A stretch of 64,000 nucleotides of DNA from the NCBI GenBank assembly GCA_030704615.1, contig CM060731.1, forward strand, positions 5,580,001 to 5,644,000. Reading direction: 5' to 3'. Below the pieces are notes generated by a model that had not been told where the DNA came from, did not search any database, and saw nothing but the letters and a program-made list of their open reading frames with translations. Shown one piece after another: positions 1 through 10,737 of this stretch. This stretch comes from Takakia lepidozioides. Taxonomy: Eukaryota; Plantae; Bryophyta. Numbering within the stretch: position 1 is the first letter of the stretch; each line of letters opens with the position of its first letter. The translations under genes and the position numbers were made by a program.

Positions 1-123
1 CCCACCACTCCCCCTCCTGTCTCTATCCACTCGCTTGTATGGCCGTGGCAAGTATCCTTCAATATCCCTCAATCAATCCTTCAAGAGCTCTTCAACATTG
101 TCTACCAAAGCTCCTCGAAGGGT

Positions 124-240
124 CCTCCAAGGACCCCAAAGATCCTCAAAACACTCCTCCAAGGACCCCAAAGATCATCCAAATACTCCTCCAAGGGCCC
201 TCAAATATCTTCCAAACAATCCTCCAAAGGCCCTTAAATT
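124..240. repeat. Tandem repeat, ~32-33 bp unit x3.5
   Basis: Units of CCTCCAAGGACCCCAAAGATC(C/A)TC..AA.ACT repeated head-to-tail. Confidence 0.85.
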
Positions 241-261
241 TCAGTAAGTCCTTTCACTGTT

Positions 262-655
262 GATACCTTAATAGAGGTATAGTCTGAGGTTGCTAGGGTC
301 CCTTATGTTGATGATACCTTTACAGAGGTATAGTCCGAAAATGAGGGTTCTGTTTGGTATACTAATAGAGGTATAGTCTGAGCTGATTAGGGTCCACATA
401 TGGTGATACCTCAATAGAGGTATAGTAACAGGGACAAGCTCCTGTTTGGTATACTAACAGAGGTATAGTCTGAGCTGATTAGGGTTCACATATGGTGATA
501 CCTCAATAGAGGTATAGTAAAATGGACAAGCTCCTGTTTGGTATACTAACAGAGGTATAGTCTCACATTAGGGTTCACATAAGGTGATACCTCAACAGAG
601 GTATAGTCAAAGGGACAAGCTCTTGTTTGGTATACTAACAGAGGTATAGTCTGAG
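262..655. repeat. Tandem array with a ~92 bp dimeric unit (9 AGAGGTATAGT cores)
   Basis: AGAGGTATAGT recurs at alternating ~43 and ~46-51 bp spacing; alternate subunits carry the hairpin ATACCTC-AA(T/C)A-GAGGTAT. Confidence 0.9.
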
Positions 656-659
656 CATA

Positions 660-2300
660 CACTACTAGGGTTTGTAATGAAGAGCTAGAATGCAAGTCCT
701 TAACTTCTATGCTTCTACTCAAGCAAAAATATGGTCTCTAGGTGGTCATAAGAGGCATCTTGTTGCTCCCTTCTACCCCAATGTGCAACCAAGAGTGGTC
801 CAACTCAACTTGCAAGTCATTGTCCACCAAATCAATCCCCCTTCTAGTCCTTGGGATTTGATTGCAAACTACCATATCTCCATTGCCGATCAATCATGCA
901 TTTGTCTCATCATCACTTGACAATTGCTCCAAATCAACACAAATTATCTCAATGTGTAGGAGCAATGCTTGTCACTTACAATAATGCTCCCAAGCAATCC
1001 GCCTTGGATCCCACTCTCACGCCATATGCCTCATTTGGGGTCTTGCACCAATCCATCATCCATGTGCTCCCCGTGGTCATTTGAATGCATGTTTCATGAC
1101 CTCTTGGCCTATGTGTTGCTCTCCTTCATCATAACATGAATCAACACCTCTCCACTTCACACACAAATGGATCTCAAAGGCCTTCACCTCTTGCTAGTTC
1201 AAGAGCTCCCCTTCTCAAACTTGAACTTACAAACTCAAGCGAGCATGCTCCACACATGCACCACTTGCTTGGTCAACTATTCACCACAAAGCTCGCACTA
1301 CCAAGAGCATGAATAGCCAAGTATTGCCTCCCCCTCTTGTCACATTACATAGTTAGGGTGAAGCTATGCATACATTGAATGATGATTTCCCTTCAAGGAT
1401 TTCCCACCACATGTTCTCCAAGCCCTTCCAATGGCACCCTAAGCTTGGCTCCACACCACCATGATTGGAAGATTTCTTCACATGCTCCCTTTCAAAACCT
1501 CTTGAGCTTCTTAGTGCTCTCCAAGTGCTTGCCCTTGTTGTCTTCAAGCCCAAGCATATATAGCTCCTTGGCTTCTCTTCCACAACATCCACACTTTGAA
1601 CTTGCTTAACCCTAGCTTGATAGTGAAATGAGCACTAACAAGCCTTTAGTCACTCTCCACAAGCCATGGCGCACACCATCGACTCCATAATGCATACAAA
1701 GGATTCTCAAACCCTAGAATCCATGCTTCCACACACACAAGACTTCCTCCTTACAATCTTTGCAAAATCTTGTGACTCAAGAGCTTTCTTCTCAAGCTCT
1801 CCAACTCCTTGGTGCATGCAATACTCGAGCACCTTTCCTTGCAACCCCTTGCAAGCCTTGTGATACAAGAGCTAAATTCTTCTAGCTCTCAACCTCTTTA
1901 AAATACAAGTGCAAAACTAATCCTTACACTCCGCACTCACAAGCATAAGGTGATCTTCTTGTAGTAATAATGGAAGTGAACACACAATGGAAACACTCCA
2001 CTCATGAATCCACTCAATCACATAAACTAAGTCAAGCCAAGGGCACCTTTGCTAAAGGAATCCACCCTACAAAGCCCTCACCACACTCCCTCTCAATACC
2101 TAGAGCTATGGAGGTGGGAGAGGCTCATGGAGGCTCAACTACAAGAAGATGAGCCTCCTCAACACTCACAAGGGGAAAACCTATCTCCATGTCTCAAGTG
2201 AGGCTCGACACCTCACTTGGCATGTGAGACCAAATGAAGTCCCAACACACAAAATATAAATATAAATATCTAAAATGTCCTAGTTAACTAGAAGTAGGTA
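660..2300 (-). mobile_element. Degenerate LTR-retrotransposon-like internal region and start of 5' LTR
   Basis: Minus strand reads ...GGGACTTCA-TT-TGGTCTCACATGCCAAG (~2216-2243), resembling an LTR CA end plus a degenerate tRNA-Met PBS (TGGTATCAGAGCC). Downstream sequence is stop-riddled, purine-rich and gag-like. No clear pol motifs seen. Confidence 0.4.
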
Positions 2301-2309
2301 ATTCTAGAT

Positions 2310-2840
2310 AACCATGACTAAAACCATGACATTTCTCCTCTATATTGATTTCAAAAATGCTTTCGGATCCCTAGACCACCCCCGCCTGTTGGCCATAATG
2401 GCGGACCTATGATACCCTATAGATGTTATTCAATTTATTGGCAACATTTACACCAATAGTACCACCGAATACTCCGGATCATACTATGGCTCCACCCCCC
2501 CTATCCCTATACTATGCGGTACCATTCAAGGGGACACACTGAGCCCCTACCTCTTTATCATCTTCCTTGAACCCTTGTTACGTTGGCTTGCCCGGGGTAA
2601 CCTTGGATACCAATACAAAACATCTTCTAGCGAAATTTTCGCAGCAGCTTACGCTGACGACCTTGCTATTCTTGCACACAAACCCCAACATCTCAACCGA
2701 TAGGAAACAAACTATCTCGCTTCAACCAGTGGGCGGGTATGGAGCTAAACCTCCGCAAATGCGCGGTCACTGCTGCCACACATCAAAGTAAATTCACAAA
2801 ATCCACGATGCCATCACACTGTAATCTCCACATACATTAC
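2310..2840 (+). pseudogene. LINE reverse transcriptase fragment (domains 3-6)
   Basis: Translation FLLYIDFKNAFGSLDHPRLLAIMADL*YP...GTIQGDTLSPYLFIIFLEPLLRWL...AAYADDLAIL; in-frame stop and frameshift. Confidence 0.9.
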
Positions 2841-4111
2841 CACTACTACGTTTAGGGGGGGTTACCGACGCCATGACCCTGGGCGCGCCGGATGCGCTGA
2901 CCCCCCTGTGACTGCAGCGTTGCACAGGCGCCCGGCTCGGGACTTGTGACGTCGGGGCGTCGTAACGCCTGTGCTCGGACGACGTTGTGGCATCTTGCGA
3001 TGTCATGCCGTCGCCGGAAAGGGGCCTGACCCCATTCCCCCGCCAACACACTGGGGGGGTTGCGACGCCCTCGGGATACTGCGACGGCGGGGAATCGCAA
3101 TGCCTGAAAAAAAAAAAAAAAAAAAAAAAAAATCCGTTTTTTTTTTTTTTTTTTTTCCTTGCGATTCCCCGCCGTCGCAGGAGCCCGCGGCCGTCGCAAA
3201 TGCGTTGCTGGGGCTGGGGCTGCGGCGCTACGATTCCCCGGCGTCCTGGGGGCGTCGCGGAAAATTGATTTTGGGAGTAGATTGTAGAGCATAATGGGCT
3301 TGGCATCCTCAGACTATAGCCATTGTCCAACAATAAGTTGCAATGCAGTTTTGCAAAACTTAGGCCATTGATAGATATTTGTTCTTGAAGAACTCTGGGG
3401 ACAAGTCTCGGTGCAAGTTCCAGCTGTGAGAGTTCCTGTAGAGTACGCATAATCTGCAACATAATGATATGATTGAGATAGTGGTAGTCACTAGGAGCTA
3501 ACTCTTGATATGTATATATATACTTGGACTGCTTTTGTGATACATAGATGTATTGTAGATTTGTTGGTTAGTGTGCAGTGTTTTAGAAATGTTATAATGT
3601 GGATATATGTGGTTCAAATATGCATTGTCTACTATATGTAGAACAATGCATGAACTGCCATTGGACAAAACCGGAGTCAATGGTCAACGCTGAGTCAATG
3701 GTCAACTAGTTTTTGAAATTCAAAATTCAAATTCAAATTCAAATTCAAAATTTTTCCCATCTAAATTCAAATGTATCCCCCTACTGTGATGTCTGGGGGT
3801 TGCATTTACGACCCCCGGACATCCCTAACGCGACGTCGCAGTTTTTTTTTTTATAAATTTTATGCCCGGGCGTCGCAAGTCGCGCCGGCGCCGCGACTAG
3901 GGGGTCCCGAGGGGTTTGCGATTCCCCGACGACGCTAATTAGCGACGTTCCGGGAGTGACGTCGTTGCGACGTTTGTGTGACTTCCTGACGTCGCAAAAT
4001 GCCCCCGGCGCGCCGTAGAGTAATTCCGTCGCTAATCGCGGCGGTTGGAGGTCGCTGGGGCATCGCTAAACCCCCCCCCCCCCCCCTCCCCCCCTCTAAA
4101 ACGTAGTAGTG
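2841..4111. mobile_element. Non-autonomous CACTA (EnSpm) DNA transposon
   Basis: TIRs CACTACTACGTTT... / ...AAACGTAGTAGTG; 3-bp TSD TAC (2838-2840 / 4112-4114); many TGCGACG/CGTCGCA subterminal repeats; removing it restores the LINE ORF (..HIHY-QQKPFPFLG..). Confidence 0.95.
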
Positions 4112-5239
4112 TACCAACAAAAACCCTTTCCTTTCCTAGGCCCGGATGAACCCTATACTTATCTAGGCATACAACTGGTTCCTTCTCACACTTGGCATAT
4201 ACAAAAAAGCACCACACTTTCCAAATTAGCCAACAAAAGCACAACCCTACTCAAATCCCCGGTCTCCATCCGCCCCAAACTAGCTATAATCCAAAAAGTC
4301 CTAACTCCACAAGTCCAATACGCCTTTCACGCAGCTCCCTTCTCCCTTCCTGACATCAAACAACTCGACAAAAAGATTATCCAACTCATCAAACGAATCT
4401 GTGGACTACCCACTAGCACCCCGAATGTCCTCACTGAGCTTCCCCAAGATAGCTATGGAATCGGATCTAGCCCTCTAATTATTTCATATGCCCGCACCCT
4501 AGGCTCTCAACTTCAAGAAGCCCTCAACAACCCTTGTCGCCTAGGGCTAATTTTTAGAGGGCTCCTTAAACACCTGACCGCTAAATATAATGGATTATAC
4601 TCCCTCCCCACCCTCCATCCCCAATCCTGCCTCCACTCCCCAACCGCCCGTACACTGTTTATCCTACGTCAAATGAAGATTCGCATACAAACTGACTTAC
4701 TAGGCTACCCAAACACTACTTCACTACTTGAACGTGTCTGGCTCACCAGCCCATTTCTCCCACAAGTTGAAACCTCACACCCACGACAAAAGCAACTCAT
4801 CCTTGCCTACTTCAAAGCTCGTCATATTCTAACCTCACCCAACTCACCACAACCACCGGTGTTCGGCTATTAACTCCCAGTCAATTTACCTTGAAACACT
4901 CCCGTGCTACTATCAAAACATGTAGATACCTGATATACCTTCGCTCCCTCTTCTGTCATCCAACTGCCTCTTGTACTCTTAACTGTGACTTCCCGTGCCC
5001 ACTCTTCCCACATAACCAACAAGACCTCCTCCCTGAGTTTAGATCAGCCCCAGCTAACTCAATACTCCAGTGGATCAAAGCCTCTCATCACTCTCATGGG
5101 CGTCCCCCTCCAGACACCCCCCTGTCTCCTCCCCCCCCACAATCCCGTTACTCCTCAATGTCAACTCACCCCCTCTAGCTCCCCACTCCCCACTTCCCCG
5201 CTTAACCTGAGCCTACACAACTCTGACCACCCCGAGGCC

Positions 5240-5440
5240 TTCATTATTGAGGCTACTCTGGGCATCAAAACCCAAACCTCCCTTGACGCATTTGGGGCCA
5301 CCTGTATCGATACATACTACTTATGTAAATGGGCGGGTTTCCCTATAGAAGACAACACTTGGCAAATCGAAGAAGATCTCTTCGGGACCCATGATGACTG
5401 CGATCCTGCCCACAACCGTAACCTCCTCACCAATTTCTAC
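5240..5440 (+). other. Chromodomain within the LINE ORF
   Basis: FIIEATLG...YYLCKWAGFPIEDNTWQIEEDL...LLTNF matches the chromodomain consensus; aromatic cage residues F/W/F present. Confidence 0.8.
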
Positions 5441-5639
5441 AAATCTACTAACACCAAATACCTAGCGCACACCCACAAACAACATGCCTCCCAACCCCAA
5501 CCGATGGACGTCCGATACATTCGCAACCCCCTAGTCGCCCCAAAAATCCTTATACAAACCTATGAGTGTAACCCTGACAAAGATATTGACCAAGTCTCCC
5601 CCATCATATGCCCTAAGTCGGATAACATCCAACATCTAC

Positions 5640-6043
5640 ACAATGGCCACTTCGCTGGGTCTATCTTGCATGTTAGGCTCGCCTGGCTCTGGACCCGATA
5701 TACCGCCTCCACCACCCACACTAGCCAGCTACAACGCCCTAGGCAAGACTTTGCCACTGAGGTATGTTGGCTGGTTGATAGGTATCTACACGACACCCCC
5801 ACCAAAAAACCTCACACCCCCAACAAACTAGCCCAAGCCTATACCCATTGCGCCATCCCCCCAGAAATCCTTAGGTTTCTCATCACCTCATTCCAGATTA
5901 CCCATTCATATTACTCAAGCCCGCTCACTTGTCCCCTTGAGCTCTTTTCCTACGACAACCCACACGTTCGAAACTGTGTATTTGGAGCCCTAGGCTCCGC
6001 GACTCAACATACTTGGTCAGGCGGTGGCCTTGCCCATCACTAA
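5640..6043 (+). other. PCIF1/CAPAM-like adenine methyltransferase domain remnant within the LINE ORF
   Basis: RLAWLWTRY..FATEVCWLVDRY..AIPPEILRFLITSFQITHSYYSSPLTC..VFGALG..WSGGGLAHH parallels the PCIF1 motifs as recalled (LW.LY..F...V..LL.RY..LP..VF..L...F.V..E.FASPLN..FGS.G..G..EANPPF). Confidence 0.65.
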
Positions 6044-6285
6044 CCCTAATTCTGCTAGTCCAAGCTATCCCCAACACCCCCTTACCCTACGACTTCCCCA
6101 CTCGCCTCAATCATCTCCTAGCCGATACCCACAACATATTAATCACCACCTACCCGTCCCCACCTTCACATAGCCTCTCCGCCAGTCCCACCCCTAGGCC
6201 AATATTTAACAAATTATCGGCCAAGACACCCCCCGCCCCACTACCATACACAATATAACCACATACGACCCCCCCCCCAGTTCAC

Positions 6286-6939
6286 TTGGGACTTACTTCC
6301 CCCAAATACCCCCCTCTCCATTCACACTACACAAACGGCTCCCAATCAGGCTCCCATGCCGGATATGGCCTCTACCATGCCGCCACTAACACAGGGACTG
6401 CCCACCGACTCCCGGGGCCTGCAACCATACTCCGTGCCGAACTTATGGCTATTTTTGAAGCTCTCTCACACTTAAATGTCTTCCCACCACCATACTACAT
6501 TTTTACGGACAGCCTCAACTCCCTCTTTTTACTTCGTAACCACCTCGCTTGTCCCTCCTCCCACCACCATCACCCTGATCGTAACCTTACTTCCGCAATT
6601 ATCAAACTTGCTATTTCCATCGACAAACCTATTAATTTTCTCAAAGTTCGTTCACACACTGGTATCACTGGCAATGAGGAGGCTAACCTCCTCGCCCAGC
6701 TGGGGGCTTCCAAACCCTCAGTAGAACCTTCAACCGACCCCATTCATATTGCTCATGCACACCCTTTTTGGCTAATTCACCCAGTACTCGACCCCCCGGA
6801 ACCTAGGCCAATTCGGAACCTTCTCAAGACCCTGACCAAAGAAGCCAACAAACAAGCTTCAGCTTCTCTTAGCCACACCAAACTTCATATCCAAAAATGG
6901 ACCCTTTCCAATGTTGTCCAACCACTTCTGGCACACTAA
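6286..6939 (+). pseudogene. LINE ribonuclease H domain
   Basis: YT(N)GS, AELMAI, FTDS, KVRSHTGITGNEEA(N) motifs; catalytic D to N changes. Confidence 0.9.
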
Positions 6940-6990
6940 AGCTGCTTCTGATGCACAAATCCGACAAACACTTAAAGATACGCCCAGTAC

Positions 6991-7812
6991 ATGGCTCATC
7001 AGCGGAAACACACCTTCTGGCTAACCCTATTCCCATCCCCACACTGCCCACTTTGCTCCTATATTCACGCAACACGCGATACATGGCCCCGTCTTCTTAA
7101 CGAATGTCCCCACCCCGCCATCCACGAGCTCTGTATCGCCCGACATAACCACGCTGTTTGGCATATCCATAAACTCCTATTACGCTGCAATGAAACTAGG
7201 TGGTTTACGCTCATCAATGCTGGCATATACCAAGGTCGGTCCCCGGACCATACTGTACCTACATGGCTACTTCCTTGTCTCTGTCAACCTCACACATCAT
7301 GTGCATGCCCGGCCAGACTATGCCCAAATATCCTCCTAGTACAGGGTCTTCCCATTAACGCTCCCCCACCCACTGTCCCTTCCCCAACCATTACCATACA
7401 TTTCATAGAATTTACTTATTACCACGACCGCTTCCCCAGCTCCTCCATCCTCGAAAAACGCCAAAAATATGCTCCACTCATCCTTGCTATCCGCCAGCGG
7501 GGATGGGCCGTAGGCCCACTCACCGTCATCATTGCCGGCACCAGAGGGGGGATACATAATGCTAGCATCTCTGCACTTCAAAACAACTTTAAACTCCCCA
7601 CCATTTCTATCCATAAAAGCTTCAAAGCTATACACCTCACTGCGCTCCGATCCCTCACAGCTATCATCACCAATAAGCGACAACTCGAATCCAACCCCTC
7701 TTCGGTATCCCAGGGTACCCCCGGGTACCCTAGGTACCTAGATACCACTACTCCCTGGCTACCCGGTGTCCCCTGGACACCTGTTAATTTCTTCTATAGG
7801 GCCCACCTCTGA
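6991..7812 (+). pseudogene. LINE C-terminal zinc knuckle + restriction-like endonuclease (RLE)
   Basis: CPLC...ECPHP..ARHN.., RLCPNILLV (PD motif as PN), IHFIEFTY, EKRQKYAPL, GW.V..IIAGTRG. Confidence 0.8.
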
Positions 7813-10112
7813 AAGGGGGCAATAGCCGTAAGGCGAAGTGGCTCTTAGTTACGCCGGTTTAGGCCAGAGTCCTCTCTCTCTATATATATATATGTATGCT
7901 TACCATGTTAGCAACAAGTGAATGTTTACTTGTGCAATTTTTGTTAGTATCCTAAAACTCATTATGACGTTGTGAATATAAATTTTGGTATTTAATGTTG
8001 AATGTAAGTGTAGAGTGTGGAATCAAAGAGACATAACCGACTGTGGAGGAAAAGAGCAAGGTATCCTTTGATAAAACCGGGCTGTATAACCTTTCTAATA
8101 AGATGTTGAGATAACCACCTTCGCCTCATAACCTCATGTGCCATGCTGCCAAAGACCCGTAACCGCAGGTTCTCAGAAAAATCCATAATGGTAAAGAACC
8201 ACCTCCTCAGGATCTTTCAAATGCCTCGGAACCGACTGTTCTTTGTTTACATAAATAACCGCCCAACAGTGGTGCCAACACCCCTCGCTCCAACCCGCCC
8301 ACCACCCAGCGGGACTCACACTTTGCCAAGTGAGAGGCTCAATTGGTCCAGGCCTTGGACAACGAGGCAGACCTTCTGCCCGATTGCTTTCGAACCCTAT
8401 GCATAAAAGCAACCATCCATGCTAGTCGGCCATGCTCCACCGACGTCGCTAACTTGGCCGGGAGGGCCGGGACATGGAAGTTGGCCCTAATAACCTGACT
8501 CACCCTCCGATTTTCAGGTCACCAAGGGTTTGACAACTTTTTTTATGTCCCATTGTCCTGCACCAGTCGCGGACCCGCTAACACGTGGAGACCGGTACAT
8601 AGCGGGATGAGCTCTGTTCCACACCCACTAGGGCACCTGTTGTCACGTCCTGGTGACCTGCTCGCCAAACCCCACCTCACCTCACAAGGAGGGGTCCATT
8701 TCCCTAACCCCTACAGGTGAGGTCCAGTTAGGCTAACTTAATGGGGTACATGTCCTTAGCAGACGTTTGTGCTCACCCCCCTAAAATATACTAAGCAGCA
8801 TTGAGATTAATTTACCCTTTATAATTACCCCTGGTAGTACCCACAGTAAAGGATAAAGGATAAAGTTTCTTTAATGTCGTTTAGAGTATAAAAACAAGGC
8901 AACCTTACCCTCGTGGTATATGATGTGGCACCCTGAAAGTAACTCTCTTCAAAAAATAATATATACCCTTACCCAGAGGGTAACAAGTTTCGAATAAAAA
9001 TGATACCCTTATTACCTTGTAAGTTTGTCTCTAGACCCTTACCGAGGGTAAGCAAAATCAATATACACTCCCAACAGTCGCCCGTTGTTTTGTTGTTGTA
9101 AGATATTGCAGAGATATTGTCTATTTTCACCTGCTGCAAGTTTCGATACCATGTAAGTTCCATTTTCCATGCTCTTGGCTATGCTCTTGGCTAGGAATAG
9201 TGGCCGGGAATTCTAATGCTTCAGTCTTAAGATGCAAATCTGTATAAAAACAATTCAAGCCTAATTCACGACAGTACTTCCAGCACCCGAATACAGTGAC
9301 GGTTTTTGGTGTCACTTACAAACCCAAGGTGGGACCATTCAAGAGTCCCTTTTTTCTTCTGTCTGCTCCAGGAGACCTTCTAGAAAATCACCGTCCCTTA
9401 ACTTTAATCTATGTTCATTTTATGCCGAGATTGTCTTGACTCAACATATGAGTACTTATTCCAAAACGAACTCAGGTCGAAGTCTACCAACTCTGCGCTG
9501 GAAACATATCTTTCACCTACAGAGCCTTTCACTCTGCACACCATGAAAGCGGTTTGAGTGTTAGGACTAAATAAGCCAACACAGACCTGTGCGCCCTCCC
9601 ATTCCCCCCCCATTATATATATCCTCCATTGCTAATCGCTGTTGCCAGCTGAAGATATGCAGGTTCCAGTAAACACCAAGTGGGTTAACTTAAAGACCCA
9701 TGGAAGATACTTTATGCTAATCTGGAAAACCACGGAAGTATCCCAAGCGCGAGAGAGAGACAAGTCAGTGAATGAAACTGCAAAAGAGAGAGAGAGAGAG
9801 CGTCCAGCATTTGAAAGATCGACCGTTGGTCGCCGTTACGTCCTTACTCTGGAACACCGACAGTTTTGGGCGTTTCCCATCCACTTTCATCTCCAACATT
9901 CGTTTATTTGTCGACTCATCCATGACGGGGTGTTGGATGAAACGCATCCACACCCTCCTACTGGAACTTGTGGTAGGTAATATCGCCGCCGAAATGCTCC
10001 AATTATGAATTAATGTCAACAAGCATGAATATAAATATCTTCCTTTCATTATACGGACGTGGATTTGGATTCGTACCACGGCTTAAGCAGAATATAGCGA
10101 GTAATAATAGTC

Positions 10113-10182
10113 CACGTGGCTGGAAAAGGTCATCTCGAACAAACTCACCGCTGTGTGGAAAGTTGTGGCGTGCAGACGTGGC
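10113..10182 (+). promoter_or_regulatory. G-box/ABRE-like motifs upstream of EAF7
   Basis: CCACGTGGC at ~10112 and GACGTGGC at ~10175, just before a CT-rich leader. Confidence 0.3.
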
Positions 10183-10737
10183 AAGGCAGCCCGCGCTGGC
10201 TGGTCGTCTCTCTCGCTTAAAACCCCGCCTCCCGCGCCCTCGTCGCTAGCAGGGCTCGGAGGCAAGCGCTCCTCGCGCCACACGCACGCCTCTCTGCATC
10301 TGCGTGCTCTACGCCTCTCTCTCGCTCTCCATGTGTTCCGTTTTGTTGCTCCCTCTCAGAAGCGTGTGTGTGGGTCTTCGGTGTTTTCTCTCTCGCAGCG
10401 TGTAAATCTTCCTCATACACGTCGTTCCAGTCGGGAAATTGTGAATCTCTAGAGGAGCCTTTTCCCTCGCTTTAAGCTGCGCATAAACGTTCAGTCTGAT
10501 CCATTGGCAAAATCTTGCTTCCCCTCCCTGTCTCTCAGACGCAAGTCCATGCATCCACAGGACACTTGACTCTTCTCTCGCTGGCGCCTACTTAGGCTCG
10601 ATCGACTCTCCACCGCCAGACTTGTCATTCTGTCGTCGAGCTTTGAATGGTATTTCCGCAAGCATCAATCTCGAGGTCTTTTCTTTCCGTGTGTAGATCT
10701 CACTTCAGGCAAATATCTGCGGGGTCGAGATCTGGCC

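Larger units (their letters stand above)
2310..7880 (+). mobile_element. 5'-truncated non-LTR retrotransposon (Dualen/RandI-like: RT + RNase H + CCHC/RLE), frameshifted, interrupted by a CACTA element
   Basis: RT motifs YIDFKNAFGSLDH, GTIQGDTLSPYLF, AAYADDL, GMELNLRKC (2340-2770) and YTYLGI (~4155). RNase H YTNGS..RAELMAI..IFTDSLNS..KVRSHTGITGNEEAN (6325-6710). CPLC..RHN..CPNILL..FIEFT..EKRQKY RLE (7040-7690). Ends in a (TC)n tail. Confidence 0.9.

Noticed and set aside
262-655. CRISPR-like repeat-spacer array
   Set aside because: The 'spacers' are themselves repeated (92-bp dimer), there are no cas genes, and the context is eukaryotic
2794-3462. 222-aa and overlapping ORFs with poly-K/poly-F
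   Set aside because: Artefacts of GC-rich CACTA subterminal repeats and A/T homopolymers
7808-7845. Hammerhead ribozyme (CTGA...GCCGTAAGGC-GAA)
   Set aside because: Core reads CTGAAAG and GAAG rather than CTGANGA and GAAA; stems I and III cannot be built convincingly
7990-10080. Several short ORFs and TACCCT/AGGGTA motif clusters
   Set aside because: No recognisable domain, termini or TSD; probably old TE debris
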